Of a DNA stretch of 45,335 bases, positions 43,777-45,335 are shown in pieces. Numbering within the stretch: the first letter of the stretch is position 1; every line of letters begins with the position of its first letter. Both the position numbers and the translations under genes were made by a program. This stretch comes from Coniocarpon cinnabarinum (lineage: Eukaryota), in contig JAVECO010000072.1 in assembly GCA_051942205.1 (NCBI GenBank), forward strand, positions 62,001-107,335, in the 5' to 3' direction. Under the pieces are notes generated by a model. The model ran no database searches and was not told the origin of the DNA. It saw only the letters and a list, made by a program, of their open reading frames with translations.

Positions 43777-45213
43777 TTGTCGGGGCTGCCGCGGGTTGCT
43801 CATAGAAATGGCGAAAAGTGTATGGTCCTCGGAGGGATTCTGATTGGAGTACCTATGTTCTTGGTGTTGTACGTGGTACTATGACGCACTCTTGCTCGAT
43901 GCCCTGTCCTAGAAATGAAATGAACACAGATTGAGAGGCCTGCCGCCCTTGAAACTTCACCATGGTCCACAAGAGCAAAGCGACCCCAAATCTTACATTT
44001 GTTTGCTTACTCGAGCACGTGTTGCTCGAGGCTTTCAGTGTTGGACTAGGTAAACGGCTTTTTGTTAGCAGTGGATAGTACAAATACATCTCATGGAGAT
44101 GAATCGACTGTAATCATAACGAACTTCCGGATACGCACAGACATGTCATAAGCGTACACTGCACGTTATCTTCACGAGGAGGTCTATGTGATTCAGGGTT
44201 TGCAGAACATGAAATTCTTTTTGCTGGTCTATAAAGATAGAATGTGCTCTCTGTGAAGACGGGTCAATCGGAAGCTAAAAAGCGATATTTGCATACGGAT
44301 TCGCCACCTTCTCGAGCGCAGCTCTTGCGTTTTTGAGACTGAAAATTTGCGCTCATATTGAGAATACAGTGTTTGAATGTGCATCTTTAGTAGAATATAG
44401 TATGGATCATGCTGTCGGCGCAAGGCATTTGAAACGCTTTCAAAAAGTCAGAAAGATACTTAATCCACCTCTTTCTCCAGCCCATCCTGTACGCCATTTT
44501 GGCGGGAAACTAACGCGAAAAGTATGCATTAGCATTTGACTATATATTTTGGGCCAAAAAGCAGAGAATCCTGCGCTTTGCGTTCAGATTCTCGCGTGCC
44601 AAACCGAAGGAGCTACATAAGTACGTGCAAGCAACGAATTTCGTCGCAGATACGGCGCCATCCGGCTCGCGCAAAGACAAAAGGGAGATATATGGAGCGT
44701 TTGATGGGCTGTATCATTGGATCTCTAAATTGAGGCCATGCACGGGCGCGTGTCATCGGTGAACATGAATTCGGATAGGTGAATGTCGCCACCCACTTTC
44801 CGGTGGGAACCAGAGCTCGTTTGGGCATGGGGCTATTACATAACTACAGAGCGCCGTAGCGATCAACATTTGAAACGTCCAAGCGGGGTTTTCACTGAAA
44901 ATATCAAGGCTCTGGAAAGAGTGAGACGCACAGATTCTGGGGGCGGTGGTCGAGGTGATGGCGCTATCGGCGATACGAAGCATTTCAGATGAAACAAATA
45001 GCTCACACTTGAATGGGTTTGCCTTAAAGATGGACGCTGGCCTGTCACCTGGCAGCAGCTGGGTCCTCGTCGCCCGGTCTACTGCTCCCTCCCCGCTCTT
45101 GCTCGTTCTTACTTTTGTTTTCGTGTGAATCCTCCCTGCACATTCGAAGACTGCATCATCGTCGTCTTCGCTGCTCCGCTTTCTTGCTCTTTTAGAGCAT
45201 TTAACTTTCCACA

Positions 45214-45335
45214 ATGGCCTCCTCCGCCGATCTAGACGCGGAGTTTGAGAGATTTGAAGAGGAGATGCGGCTCATGGGGGTGCTGGTTGGCCCTGAGCAA
45301 CAGCAACAGCAACAACAACCACCACCGCCGCCACC
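45214..45335 (+). CDS. 5' end of a probable gene truncated by the window edge (MASSADLDAEFERFEEEMRLMGVLVGPEQQQQQQQQPPPPP...)
   Basis: ATG in good context (ACAATGG) after a pyrimidine-rich leader. The frame stays open to the window end and carries polyQ/polyP codon runs. Confidence 0.6.
   Translation, partial: MASSADLDAEFERFEEEMRLMGVLVGPEQQQQQQQPPPPP
45298..45335 (+). repeat. CAA/CAG then CCA/CCG trinucleotide run encoding polyQ-polyP
   Basis: caacagcaacagcaacaacaaccaccaccgccgccacc is read directly from the sequence. Confidence 0.8.

Noticed and set aside
44753..45214. 153-aa minus-strand ORF at the right end
   Set aside because: It has a non-ATG start and is the complement of the pyrimidine-rich leader of the plus-strand gene starting at 45214.
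1..45335. tRNA, 5S rRNA, telomerase template, CRISPR arrays, transposases, TGA-CTA readthrough signals
   Set aside because: I looked for their diagnostic motifs by eye and found none. A tRNAscan-SE/Rfam/RepeatMasker run would be needed to exclude them formally.

Overview
Gene-dense eukaryotic DNA from a filamentous ascomycete (Pezizomycotina-type genes, short GT-AG introns with CTRAC-like branch points). It is mostly housekeeping: an SDR oxidoreductase, pyruvate dehydrogenase E2 (LAT1), ARF-GEF SEC7, an APH/kinase-like protein with a long unrecognised extension, a Swi6/Cdc10-like APSES-ankyrin MBF subunit, a LYR-like mitochondrial protein, a DHA1 MFS transporter, eIF2-alpha, a PAL-family aromatic ammonia-lyase, an orphan ORF, MET8, a PABA-biosynthesis gene, PEP7/VAC1, a phospholipase D, and the start of a truncated gene. 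I rebuilt the intron-containing models by hand from splice signals and all of them keep frame. The two most unusual items lie in one minus-strand block at 28.3-37.0 kb. One is a single-exon trifunctional PabA-PabB-PabC (Abz1+Abz2) fusion that would encode the whole chorismate-to-PABA route. The other is an MIO ammonia-lyase with a C-terminal PTS1 (-AKL) and an atypical Glu at the substrate-selectivity position. I found no tRNA, rRNA, CRISPR array or intact transposon by eye.
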